Assembly (NCBI GenBank): GCA_951406725.2
Contig: OX597814.1
Location: 86,676,001-86,740,000, forward strand
DNA: 64,000 nt
Direction of reading: 5' to 3'
Source of the DNA: Octopus vulgaris
Taxonomy: Eukaryota
In this document: piece by piece, positions 13,390 to 26,933 of the stretch
Numbering within the stretch: position 1 is the stretch's first letter
How the letters are laid out: each line of letters begins with the position of its first letter
Made by a program: the position numbers and the translations under genes
The notes under the pieces: model-generated
The model's input: only the letters and a program-made list of their open reading frames with translations
Databases searched by the model: none
What the model was told of the DNA's origin: nothing

Positions 13390-13755
13390 TTATCGTTTAC
13401 TTCTTTCAGTCATTGGACAGTGGCCATGCTAGGGCACCGCCTTGAAGGGTTTTAGTCGAACGAATCGACCCCATCGGTACTTATTTTTTAAAGCCTACTA
13501 CTTATTCTATCGGCCTCTTATGCCGGAACGCTAAGTTACGAGGACGTAAACAAACCAACATCGGTTATCAAGTGAAGTGGGAGACAAACATACAGGTCTA
13601 TATATTTTACGACGGTCTTCTTTTCAGTTTCCACACACAAGTTTTTCGTTGAGCCGGTAGAACAGTAGAAAAAAAACTTGCCCAGGGTATCGCGCAGCAG
13701 AACTGAACCTGGAATCATGTTGTTGGGAAGCAAACTTCTTACCATACAGCCACAC
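13390..13755 (-). mobile_element. tRNA-derived SINE, reverse copy
   Basis: Reverse complement of the 11570-11900 family, including head (GAACCTGGAATCATG..GGAAGCAAACTTCTTACCA) and tail. Confidence 0.8.
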
Positions 13756-16737
13756 CTTCATCAACTTAATTAAGCATGAAGAGGTAGTTAAGCGTTCAGT
13801 TTATAATGTCATCATAATGCTACTTTAGATTTAATAAATCACTTTCAGGGTTTGTTTGTTTCAATAATTTTATCAATTCACACATGGCCGATCTTTTTTT
13901 TTTCTTTTTTTTTTTTTTCCTAATTTGTCTCACCAAGCTGCAATTTCTTTTGATTGATATTTCACACCATAATATTTTTATAATCTTGGGTTCTCACAAA
14001 TTCTTACCTCACCTGCTAACACTGTCACTAACTGTCAATGCTTTGCGAGTGGGATTTGGCACAGGGTAATTGTGCGGAAGCGCGCGCGCGTTTTGTATCA
14101 ATACACTACACGTCATTTTTCTTTTCCTTTTGTTTTCTGAACGGTAAAATAGACTTAATTGTGTTTATTTTTACTTTAGAACCTTAACTGAAGATCCTCT
14201 TTTAATAAGCTGATCACAGTTAAATGATTGAACCCGTTTCGTTTACACTACCTCCAAAATCACGCTTCCTTCTCCCTTTTCTAAAATCCACATGTGTCGC
14301 ATGATAATGTAGATGGTAAGTCATGTTGACATATATTCTGTCAGAAGGGTTGCATGTAACATGTGTTATAAAACTATCATTGACTTAAACATTGTTTTCG
14401 GAAGCAGTCAGGCTAACTTTTTATTCAACTGTATCGATTGATCTCTACCTAAATATAATATACTGTGTTGGAACAGCTTCGTTTCATTATTTTAGTTCTG
14501 CCTCTTTCCGTCTGTTGCCGAAAACTACCGAAAATTTACCTTTACAGATAATTTTCTTCCTTCTGGTTTTCATCTTTCGTTAGCTTTTCCAACTTTCTAG
14601 TTCTCTATCCGAGCAGAAGATATTTTCTCACTTGTTTGTGTTAGCGAGGGAATGTTAATCAGAATCAGTGGCTCCGTTCCTCCATACCTTATTTTCTGTA
14701 TTTTTTGTGAAGGCATTCTCATAAAATGCAGGACTTTTCACCTTTAGATACATACAGGTTTCTCTGGCAATATAGGCTCTTCCCTATAAACGTTGCTAAT
14801 GACTGAAATTTTTCTGTAAAGCTATATACATTATTATGTATATATGAATTTGGGTTTTGGATAATCAATAAAATGTTTAAATTTGAATTAGTATTTTCAC
14901 ATCTCTTCAAATTAAGATAGGACAATACCATTAGCCTGTGCACTCTCTTGAGCCTAAATGGATCTTGAAAAAAAATGTGTTCAATCAAATACCAGTGCCT
15001 AAGCACATCAACAACAATACTACTACAATTTGAAGTCAGTAATAGAGCCCCTACATGGGCGCTCAATCTGCTTGAAATAGCAGCCAAATCTCTCTCTATC
15101 TTAAATAAATAAAAAAAAAAGGATTCATTAAATAAGGTGGTTTACTGTCTGAGAAAAAGATGGTGATAACTGGACCGTTTTGATCATAAATCTGCTTGAC
15201 CAAAGCTGGTCTGAGGTTAAATAACAACACCATTAAAAATGTAAGTTCACTTATCATACACGTTTGCCACTTGAGATCAGAATTCTGAGCTGGGTCACCA
15301 TCTTTCTTGTATTTCTGAATCCCTCTTGTTCAACACTACTGCAGCCACTGCCAAAACCTTTGAACACATGAACAGACTGGACTGCACAAGTGACTGTTCT
15401 AAATGCAATGACATTATGAAGAAGAGTGTGGCATGATCTCAGACTAAACAATAGTGGTAGATGAGATTTGCAAGGTCTATGGGTTTGATTAGATACTGAC
15501 TGCAGGCCAAGTGATTGGCAACAGAAAGGGCATCCAGCCATAGAAACCTTGCCACAGCAAATATTGGAGCATGAGGGACTTCTCTAACTTGTTAGATCCT
15601 GTCAAGCCATCCAAGACATGTCAGTATGGAATATGGACATTTGATGATGATGATGGCATGTGTGCACACACACACACACACATTATGCATAAAACATACG
15701 TCTGCATAGTTACCATACCAAATTCATTCACAATGGATTCACATAGCCTGGGACCATAGTGGAAGACACTTAAAGTGCCCCACTGTAGGATTGAACTTGA
15801 AACCACAAGGTTGTGAAGCAAACTTCTTAATCACACAGCCATAACTGCGTTTGACTAAACAAAAAAAAAAGCAAAAACAAAAGAAAATTAACCTGTACAA
15901 GTAAAGCTAACTAGAGTGACTCAATAACCAGTTGAAGTGGAGGTTAACACAGGGAGAGAAAGACGTTTGTGTCATAACTATGTCGTTTTTCAGGTTTAAT
16001 CCCACTATGCAGCAATATGTCTTCTGCCATAGTCTTGGAACAGTGAAAACATTGTCAGTGAAATTTGATAGAAACATCTCATCACCACCATCTTGCCTCC
16101 TTTCCCAGCTGAGGTAACCATGTATCTCCTGTACTGCAAGACCCATGTTCTTATCCCTCTATCATACTCTTGCTCCTCAACATCTGGCATAAGTCACTTA
16201 CCTCAATACTACATCCACTCAATCAAAGGGTGTTGTCTTGCAAGCTACTTGGCAACTTTACCAGTGCTGGTAACAAGAAAACACACCCAGTACATTTGTA
16301 AAGTTGTTGGTGTTAAGAAGGACATACCAGCTGTAGAAGCCTTTCCAAAACAGAAGTTAGAGCTCAACACAATTCTCTGAGCTTTTGTATCTTATCAAAC
16401 CATCCAACATGGAATATGGATGCTAAATGATGAGAAACTAGGTCTTTACTCTTCTTAATTGGTAAACTTAATCTATCACCCAGTTTGAGTGCCTTTGTTG
16501 TGGATATTTAAGCCAGGTCATCAGCCTGGATAATTTCCATTACTCAAAGCTCCGAAACTGTCATGAATAATGTCTTTCCTGATTATTCTTTTTCGTTTTA
16601 CTTGTTTCCGTACTTATTTTAAATTTGATACTATTCTATCAATCTCTTTTGCTTAAATGCTAAGTTATGCAGATACAAGCAAACCAACACCGGTGGTCAA
16701 GCAATGAGAGACAAACCTCTCTGGTATCCCTCTAACC

Positions 16738-17034
16738 CAGGGGTTGGGGAACTTTTTTAGCCAATTACCCCAAAATATATTTTTTTACACTGACATTACC
16801 CCCTTGATTTGGAAGGAAGAAAATCACAGATTCTTTGAATTCAAAAGGTTTATTGAATCTATTTATATGTCCATTACATTGGGCAGATGTAGCGTTGCCA
16901 GAAGAAAATTTTCTGTTGTAGTAAGGAACATGTTTTTTATGTAATTTTACTTATGTCTTATGAGTCCTCATTACCCACAAGAATTTCATTTTTACCCCAA
17001 CTTGGGGTAATTTACTCCGATTTGCTAACCCCTG
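16738..17034. mobile_element. hAT (Charlie-like) MITE
   Basis: Termini CAGGGGTT / AACCCCTG with an exact 8-bp TSD CTCTAACC (16730-16737, 17035-17042). Confidence 0.88.
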
Positions 17035-18680
17035 CTCTAACCACTCCCTCATTGTTTTCTCTGCATCCACCTTGCTCCCCCAACTTCTATTTTGTTATTC
17101 TCACTGTTCTCTCTCCACAGTACTCCCTCTTTATACCACTCTGGTCTGCAACACTCCCACTCCACACCTCCAGTAACTCTCTTCAGATTTCTCACCACCC
17201 TCATCTATTTCTCTCTTGTTCTCTTTTCCTCACACTTTCCATATCAGCCTTTTTTTGTTTTTTGCTGCTTTAGTAGATTTCCACGACTCTATTTACCATC
17301 CAATTCCATTATTGTGAATTTAAATTGGGAGCTTGAGTCTTACTGAATCTTTCATTAGCTGATTATGCAACCATGGATGCTGCCCTATTGATAGAGCTTG
17401 TTGATCCTAACTGTTGGTTTTCTAGGATTCCTCCACTTGGCATCAATGTAAGAAGTATCACTGGCTCAGTTGAGCTCTTCTGCTGCCTCTTCACAATCCA
17501 CCATGCTGCAGTCCCATGACTTTGCCATACTCCTGACAGATTAAACAGATTTGTTCCAATTGGGCTCTGTGCACATACTCAAGAGGAGGACGCTAGTATA
17601 TCATTGTGGTTAATAGTGAAATCTCAAGTTCACACTTTTAGGCTGGCACAGGTATACTACTCAAAGCATAAAACATAAATCTTCAGCTTTTGGAGAGTAG
17701 AGAACCCCACTGACAATTCTCTAATTGGGCCTGCACTTCCTGGCACCAGCCCTGAAAATACCTGCATACCCATCAGCCTTATTATATAGAATAGCTCTGG
17801 TCTCTGCTACACAACCCATTTTATCGCTTTCACCCTGTCCTTTCCTTTCCCATTAACCCCTGATGCCATTCCCTCCTTTTCTATACTTCTTTCCTCAATA
17901 GTGTTTCCACTACAACACTCACAACAATAAATCTGATACTCTTATCATTCTTTAGCCTCTCATCCCACCTCTAGAATCATCACACTCTCCTATTCTCCTT
18001 CGGTTGTAGGAGCCACTTTAGGCCCTTAATCTTGCAAGTTACTAGGCCATGCTACTAGTGCTGGTGCCATAAAGATGCTTGGCAACAAAAAGAGCATCCA
18101 GCTATAGTAACCTTGCCAAAGCAGGTATTGGAGCATGATGCACTTCTCTAACTTGTCAGATCCTGTCAAACCATCCAGCACGTCAGCATTGAAGATGGAC
18201 ATTTGGTATGCACTGCTCCCTGCACATATTATGCATACAACAGACTTGTATACTTTCCATATCAAATTCATTCACAATGGAACCATAGTAGAAGGCACTT
18301 ACCTAAAGTGCTTCACTGTGGGATTGAACCTGAAACCCCATGATTGTCAAGCAAACTTCTTAATCACACAACCATAACAGTACTTGACTAATCAAAAAAA
18401 AAAAAAAAATGAAAAGAAAATTAACTTGTACAAGTGAAGCTGACTACAATTACTCAATAACAACCAGTTGTACTTCCATTGAAGTGGAGGTTAGCATATT
18501 TATTGCAGTGAAGCTAAATATCATTTTCAATCAATTAAAATTACACTTTTAAAAAGTACCAAAAAAATCATTAGCATTAATGATAATTGTTACAAAAGAG
18601 AAGGAGGTTAAACTAATAAATTCTAATTGATTAAAAATCTAATGGAGTATACAGCAAATTTGACATATTGTACAGTGACA

Positions 18681-18723
18681 ACTTCAAACATGTTTCAATC
18701 CAAGTAAACCTCCTCAGTGAAGC
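18681..18723 (-). ncRNA. Minimal type-I hammerhead ribozyme motif (Penelope-type)
   Basis: Minus strand: GCTTCA-CTGAGGA-GGTT(TACTTG)GATT-GAAAC-AT-GTT-TGAAGT. Stem I CTTCA/TGAAG pairs, both core boxes are intact, stem III is palindromic (AACATGTT), and stem II is mostly G-U. Confidence 0.6.
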
Positions 18724-21700
18724 ATAGGCTTATTCATTCTTACTAGATTTTAGAATGACTAAGAATATTTGTAGTCTTTTTTAGTCAACATTCACAGAAT
18801 TGGCAATTTAAAATAACAACATGGAAAAATTAATCTATATGTTAATATAAATATATGAAACTTGGAATTAGACTAACTCTTTTCATCTTCTATGCTAATA
18901 GAGGGAAAGCTGCTTAATTGAATAATTAAGCTATATTTCATTCAACTCATTTTAAAACTATATTTTTAAAGCATGATCACTATAAACAAAGTTTGTGCTT
19001 AGATTTCTGATTGAAAAAGATCCAAATTGTTTTTGATTTTGTTGACGCCAACTATAAAGAATTATCTGTTGCTGTATTCTGAACTTTGTCAATCTAACCT
19101 AACTGACTAAAAACATTACCTATGACTATATAAGCAATGATTAATCTTTTATTCTGTTTATTGAGTAGTCTTTCTACTTCAAGAAATATTGTCATTGTCT
19201 TAACATTTACTTTTCTGTAGTTGCATGGGTCAGATAGAGTTCATTGAGGCAGATTTTTTTTTATGGCTGGATACACTTCTTGTTGTCAACTTATTTCCAA
19301 GCTAGGTAATATTATCCTCCATGACTGGGCATGTTTCCATGGAAGTTTGGAAATGAATAATACCACTTGTATGATAGTGATATTCGTTTACAACTATCAC
19401 ATGGTGACATGATAAGGAGCCCTTAGAAATACTCTGGCACAATTACTTATGGCTCTGTATTAAGTATCTGTTCTGCTTTTGCATATTCTTGATACATGCA
19501 TGTGTGTAGGGCAGCAAGCTGGCAGAATCATTAGCACGCCAGGCTTAATGGCATTTTGTCTGTCTTTACATTCTGAGTTCAAATTCTGCTGAGGTTGACT
19601 TTGCCTTTCATCCTTCCAGGGTCAATAAAATAAGTACCAGTTAAACTCTGGGATTGGTGTAATCGATTTAAACCCTCCCCTTGGTATAAGGCCTTATACA
19701 AAAATTTGAAATCAATATATGCATGTATATGTTAATATATTTTACAATAGAATGAAATTTTTGGCAATCACTGATCACAGTCCTCTAGAAACAATGCTTG
19801 CTAAATAGGTTTTGATATAATCGAATTAATTACAATAAATATTTCAGTACATCAAAACAAAAACTCCTAGCAGCCAAAATTTCTTGCATCAACACTAAAA
19901 AAAATCCAATTTTTGCAATAGTAGTTCTGTAAAGTCAGACTTACAGATTATATAGATTACTGACTGGGACACAATCATAGTGACTGTTAGAAGTTGGGTA
20001 CCTTAGCATATTAGTAGCTGTATCAGACAAATGCACTAGATACAAAGTTGTCTGGGTTTGTTTTCATTTATTAGTATTTTTTATGGCCTGAGATAGAAAT
20101 TTCACAGAACCAAAACTGATCAGTCTAATTCACATTTTTTTTCTTGCATATGCAATAGGCATTGGCATGGCTGTGTGGTTAAGAAACTTGCTTCCCAACT
20201 ATGGGGTCTTGGGTTCTGTCCCATTGTGCAGCATCTTGAGAAAATGTCTCCTCTATAGTCCCAGGCCAACCAAAGCCTTGTGAGTAGATTTGGTAGAGAG
20301 AAACTGAAAGAAGCCCATCGTATATATATATATGCATATATGTTTATGCATATATCTATATGTACCCTTGTTTTCTTGTCTTGACATCACATGGTTGTAA
20401 ATGAGCATCATCTTCTACAAGCTGTGGAGGAAATATTACCTTGCTTGGAAACCAGTGAGAGTTGGCGACAGGAAGGGCATCCAGTTACAAGGAATTTACC
20501 ATGACAAATTCTGTCTGACCTATTCAAACATGGAAAAATAGACATTAAAAGATGATGATATTGATGATGACAACTGTGTTGGTATTATTGTATCAAAAAC
20601 ATGCAAATTTCAATAGTCAGGTCACAAGGAATCAAAATCAGTCATTCATTACAGTGTAAACTTTCAAAATGCATTAAAACTAATTAGTCGACATGGTGCA
20701 CATTATGTCCCACATTATGGCAGCGTATTTCGTCATCTCTGCGGGACTAGCCCAAACAGCGTACCTTGCTGACTGATATCACTGACTGTGTCACTCCACT
20801 ATTTTTTTCTCCCCCATTTCTTTTTCTTCTAAACAAAATTATTTTACTTCTTATTTAGATTTTTTTTTGTCCACACAGAATTATATATTTTCCTTCTCTT
20901 TCAATGCAACATTATTATATATATATATATTTTTCATTTCTACTTATTTTTTCTTCCACACAATCATTTTTTACTGTGTGTAGTTCAGTTCTGTGTAGAG
21001 TTTTATCAGACATTCTTTTCTTCAGGACCTCTTTTTATATATATATATATTTTTCACTGTATGTATATTACTTTTCACTGTGTGTAGTTCAATTCTGTCT
21101 TGGCATTTTTTTTCTTCAGAATCTATTTTTTTATATATTTTTCACTGTGAGAAGTTCAATTCTGTGTTAGAATTTGAATCCTTCAAACTTTCTTTCAATG
21201 TTCTTGAACGTAGTTCTTACATTTCAACACTCATGTGAGCATTCATAATCTTGTTATTATTGTTAAAATGACACTGTTATACAGTGGGAGGTATCTTTGT
21301 CACCACTGTTATGTCCTGCTACTACATATCAGTGGCTGTGTAAGCTACAATTCCTTATTGCCACTGTCATGTCTCACATTATGGCAACGTATTGCGTACT
21401 TTGCTGACTGTCATCACTAACTGTGTCAGTCCACTATTTATTAGTAGTGGACAAGCCCACTTCTCACATGGAGGCATCCTCCATAATACCTCCCCCCCTT
21501 TGAAATTTTTTTTTTTTGACATTTCTTTTTCTTCTAACCAGAATTATTTTTCTTCTTATTTAGATTTTTTCTTGTTCCCCCAGAATTATATATTTTTTCT
21601 CTTTCAATGCAACATTATTATATATATATATATTTTTTTCATTTCTATGACTTTTACTTTGCACTTTTCTCTGCAGAAACTGGATTGGTTACCTGCAAAC

Positions 21701-22622
21701 TTCCATTATCTTTTTAAAGTGTTTGCATTAGAATGATTCCTTAATGAAGCAGTTTCAGCAGAAGGGCCTTTTCCTGTAACAGATGGCTCAGATTCTCTAA
21801 TTTCAGAATTATTTTTTATATTTCTTTACTAGTCACTTCCATTGACATTTCATCTGGAGTCTTTTCAAAGAGGACTTGTTTAGTATCCTCAATCACAAAA
21901 TGGCTTGCGTTTTCTTTGTCCATTTTAACCAACTCGGCTGAAACTGGCTATGGCTCTGAGTACAAATGTCTTGTTTTCATAAGTTTTGAATTAAAATTTT
22001 CCACCAAACCTTAGTCACAATTTATGTTCCTGACACTAGTTGTTCCACATAGAATTATTAAATACTTCGCATGGACTTATTATTTTTTGTTCCACACAGA
22101 ACCGTTTATTCCCCCCCCCCAAAAAAAAAAATGCTGCAGGTAGTACCAAGTCTACATTATTACTTGTAGCTCTAGTACATATAGCAACCTGACTTATAAA
22201 TCTTTCGAACAGACTTATTATTATTATTTTCTTGTTCCACACAGAATTATTTTTCACCATGTGTAGTCCAGTTCTGTGTAGGGTTCCAGTTTTATCAGAC
22301 ATTTTCTTTTCTTCAGGATCTCTTTTTTTTTTATATATATTTTTCACTGTGTATATATTAATTTTCACCATGTGTAGTTCAATTCTGTGTTAGCATTTTT
22401 TCTTCAGAATCTTTTTTCTATATATATTTTTCACTGTGTATATTACTTTTCACTGTGTGAAGTTCAATTCTGTGTTAGAGTTTGAATCCTTCAAACTTTC
22501 TTTCATTGTTCTTGAACACTCCTATGAGTATTTGTAACCTCGTTACCATTGTTATAACAACACTGTTATACAGTGGGAGGTATCTTCATCGCCACTGTTA
22601 TGTCCTGCTACTACATTAGGGT

Positions 22623-23011
22623 TGCAAATGATCTTACGGTTTGCAATACTAACTCCAGGAAACCTGCCAGTCACCTCCCAATCTGATAAATACACTAGTC
22701 AAATTGACTACATCCTTGTGAGGAAAAGGGAAAGATGGCTACTTATAAATGCCAAAACCTACCCAGGTGAAGAATGTACCTCACAACATAGAGAGGGGTC
22801 TGGAAGCTTAAAGATCCTGTGAATGGACAGAGATTCAGAGATGTATTACTCAAAGCTTTTGATGAAATAGAGGTGGGATATAGCATCACATAATGTAGAA
22901 GACAACTGGTGGTTTCTACAGGCCAACCTGCTGAGGGCCATTGACTAGATCTGTGGATGGTGCAAAGTTCCCTTTCGACCCAAGGTAATGTGGCAATGGA
23001 ACAATGTTGTT
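22623..23011 (+). mobile_element. RTE-LINE endonuclease-region fragment, inverted relative to the adjacent element
   Basis: Translates SQIDYILVRKRERWLLINAKTYPGEECTSQH; it is the reverse complement of 24681-25065. Confidence 0.9.
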
Positions 23012-25622
23012 TTATTTCACTTGCCTCAACAGGTCTTTGCAAGCAAAGTTTACTGTCCAATGAATGAAGAGTACTCCTAAGCAGGCTAGTTATACACCAC
23101 TGGCATAGGCTATGGGTTTTGGTCTCACTTGGCTTGCTGAGTCTTCTCAAGCACAGCATATCTCCAAAGTCTCAGTCACAAGTCATTGCCTTGGTGAGGC
23201 CCAATGTTCAAAGGTTGCGCTTCACCACCTCATCCAAGGTCTTCCTGGGTCTACCTCTTCCACAGGTTCCCTCAACTGCTAGGGTGTGGCACTTCTTCAT
23301 ACAGCTGTCCTCATCCATTCGCAACACATGACCATACCAGCGCTATCGTCTCTTTTGTACACTACATCTGATGCTTCTTAAGTCCAACTTTTCTCTCAGG
23401 GTGCTTACACTCTGTCATGAAGGGATTTGTGGTTTGTCTGCCTTCCTACTTATTAAGACTTTAGTTTTAGCTAGGTTGGCTCTAAGGCCCTTCGATTCTA
23501 ATCTTTGGTTCCACACCTTAAATTTCACCTCTAGTTCTGATAGTGACTCAGCAATTAGAGCGAGGTCATCAGCTCAGAGGAGCTCCCAAGGGCATCCTGT
23601 CTTGCATTCCTCCATAATTGCCTGGAGAAATATGATAAATAAGAGGGGGCTGAAGACTGATCATTGGTGGACCCCTACCCCGACCAGGAATTCTTCACTG
23701 TACTCATTGCCAACCCTCACCTTACTGACAGCATCCCTGTACATGGCTTTCACAGCTCTCACTAACCATTCATCTATCCCTAGTTTCCTCATTGACCACC
23801 AGATAAGGGATCAGGGGACCCTGTCAAAGCTTTCTCCATGTCAATGAAAGCTAGGTACAGAGGTTTGTCTTTGGCTAGGTATTTCTCCTGCAGCTGTCTT
23901 ACCAGAAATATAGTATCAGTGGTGCTTTTCTCTGGCATGAACCCAAACTGCATGTCATCTAGGCTGACTCTCTCCTCAATTAGTTGGGCAATGACCCTTT
24001 TCATGACCTTCATTACCTGATCCAACAACTCGATACCTCTGTAATTATTTGTATCTAGTGCATCACCTCTACCTTTGTAGTAGTTGACTATGATGCTGCT
24101 ATACCAGTCATTGCGTATGGCCCCTTAATGTATCACCTGATTGACTATATAGGTGACTAGGCTATAGCTGACACTACCAGATATTTTGAACATCTCTGTG
24201 ATGATTCCTGATGGGCCGGGGGCTTTCCCTGTCTTCATAACCTTAATGACTTTATCTACTAAGTTACTGTCAATTCAGATAGCTGGTCCCTCTGTTGGGT
24301 TGGCATTCGGCAGAGTCTTTTTCTCATATTCATTCTCTTTATTTAGCAACCTTTCATATAGTGGCGTCTCCAAACCAATCTCTTTGCAGACTCGTTTCAT
24401 GCAAGTGAACCATCATCCATGCAGACACATTTCTCTCTTATGACATCATGATTCCCTCTCACACACTGTCTTGCAACACAAAATACCTCAAGTCTTTGGT
24501 CCTCATGGCAAATTTTTTCTTATCTGCTTCCCCTCTGGCTAAATAAACCTGTCTCCTAGCTTCCCCTCTGGCTAAATAAACCTGTCTCCTAGCTTCCCTT
24601 TTAGCAGTCTGATACAATTCCCTGCTACCACCGTTCTTCCAGTCCTTCCAAGCCTGCTTCTTTTCTCTAATGTCCCTGTCAACAACATTGTTCCACTGCC
24701 ACATTACCTTAGGTCGAGAGGGGACTTTGCACAGATCTGGTCAATGGCCCTCAGTAGGTTGTCCTATAGAAACCTCCAGTTGTCTTCTACATTATGCGAT
24801 GCTTTATCTCCCTCTATTTCGTCAAAAGCTTTAATATGCCTCTAAATCTCTGTCCATTCGCAGGAATTTTAAGCTTCCAGACCCCTCTCCATGTTGTGAA
24901 GTACATTCTTCGCCTGGGAAGGTTTTGGCATTTATAAGTAGCCATCTTTCCCTTTTCCTTACCAGGATGTAGTCAATTTGACTAGTGTATCTATCAGATC
25001 GGGAGGTGACTATGTGACTGGCAGGTTTCCTGGAGTTAGTATTGCAAACTGTAAGATCATTTGCATCGCAGAAAACCAGCAGCCTGGTTCCCATCTCATT
25101 GTGGGAACCAAAACCATTGCCTCCATGTACGCCATGGAAGCCTCCTGCATGTTGTCCAACATGCCCATTGAAGTTACCATCCACAAAGAGAAGGTTACTA
25201 TCATTCGTCGACGAAGTAGTTAGCAAGAGGGTGTCATAAAATCGGTCTTTCTGTCCTTCAGGTAGCCCTAGCTGAGGGGCATAGGCTGAGATAATGGCTG
25301 CCAACCCATGATGTAGCACTAATCTAATCTTAAGTATTCTATCGCAGACTCTGACTACCTCCACTACCTTATCAACCTATTTCTCCGACCCCATCAGTGC
25401 TCCCTGCCCAGAAAATCTTGTACCTATTTTCTTTGCCTGTGGTGAACCTAGCGGAACCTCCTCTCCACCTTACTTCTTGGATGCAGCTCAAATCTACACC
25501 TCTCCATTCGAGCATCTCAACAATCTCACCAGACCTACCTTTCAGTGTGCCCATGTTGAGGGTGTGGGAAGTGTGGGCCTGTGAGTCCCTAGCATGGGGG
25601 ACAGCAGCATCATGTACCTGAA
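23012..25622 (-). mobile_element. Degenerate RTE-clade LINE (APE endonuclease + RT, internally deleted)
   Basis: APE motifs LNMGTL, CIQEVRW, ISAYAPQ, GNFNGHVG, SQIDYIL; RT motifs QFGFMPEKST, YLAFIDMEKA; 3' UTR at ~23012-23130. Frameshifts, plus a 33-bp tandem duplication (EARRQVYLARG x2). Confidence 0.95.
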
Positions 25623-26537
25623 AGGAAAGCTCACATTTGGCAGAATTCATAAACAAGCAATAGCCTTCAACCTGCATACACTACACCATCATTTTTATGC
25701 GCTACATGATCACTACTTTACATCTCTTATTATAAAAGGCAGATTTTATCTGCCTCCCTTTGTCACTTATAGAAATCTACAATATAGGATTTCTTCAATT
25801 ACAATTTACCTAGCATTTTTAAGAGTAGAATGCATCGGGTCATGCCAGGTCCAGTTTTTAAAATTTAAACTCCAATTAAGCAAAATTTACAGAAAACTCA
25901 CATTCTGGTGTGTATGTCAAATGCTTTTCTTAGTCTGGTTTACAGCACACGCAAACGCACACACACAGTGTGCAACGAATAAAGTGAAACTAGATGTAAT
26001 ATTTGTTTCTGTCTATCACACTGATAGATACATGAGTAAAATGTATGGCAAGCTAAGAGATAAGAGTGAGTGAAAATGTTCTTGGAAGAGAGTAAATAGC
26101 GACAGAGTGATTTGAGGAAGACTAAACTGAAAGTATGAAACAGTGTTTATGTATAAACAGACGACACTTGACACTTATATATAGTTATTAATAAATGTAT
26201 GCATCCGTTTAACCCTTTCGTTACCAAACCGCCTGAATTTACCTATTCATATTTAAATGAGAATATCAGAGTAAATCTCTTTAGTACATTCGTGAAAACA
26301 CGTATTATACTTCGTAAACACTTCAAATACAGTTTTGTACAAAAATCGAAGTGTAATTTTAATTCCGTCAATTATGGGAGATTTTTTTCCGAAATTTGTT
26401 CCTATTGTGTTTTCAAAATTTGTAATTCTGACAAAAAATGGATATGAATTTCATTATATCAAGCAGCGAGTCAGAATTCGAAGGATTTTCTACTGAAGAC
26501 CTTCATAAATCTAACTCTATGACTGAAAAAAAAAGCA

Positions 26538-26933
26538 TCTTTATATAAGAGTGAAGTTGTGTGTCTGTCTCCTACGATTTAGATTCGTAACTACTCCCAC
26601 ATTTTGCGGTGCAGTTTAACCAAAAGCGGGTATCTTATAGTCGTGATTCATATCGAGCCCTTCTGGGTATTAGCGCGCATCTACGATGAGTCTACGATTT
26701 AAAAAAAATTTACCATCATATTTTTCCATTTTAATGCATTTTTTTCGCTTTTATATAAGGGAAGTAACTCTCTAAAAATATCTACGATGTGTCAACGATT
26801 TAAAAAAAAAATTTACCTTAATTTTTTTTCAATTTTTAATGCATTTTTTTGCTATTTTTTGGCTATAACTCTCTAAAAATGCTTATATAGTTATTTCCAT
26901 TACAATCCGAGCAACGCCGGGCGATACTGCTAG
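26538..26933 (+). mobile_element. Non-autonomous Helitron
   Basis: 5' A|TCTTTATATAAGAGTGAAG; 3' hairpin CCGAGCAACGCCGGG followed by CTAG|T; inserted at A|T with no TSD. Confidence 0.85.

Noticed and set aside
14700-14760. TTT AGA TAC ATA CAG|gt (FRYIQ) resembles the end of the missing MNT bHLH exon (LRYIQ)
   Set aside because: In-frame TAA 11 codons upstream, no RAHLKECF-like sequence, and a weak donor. No SID or bHLH exon was found anywhere in 1-33818.
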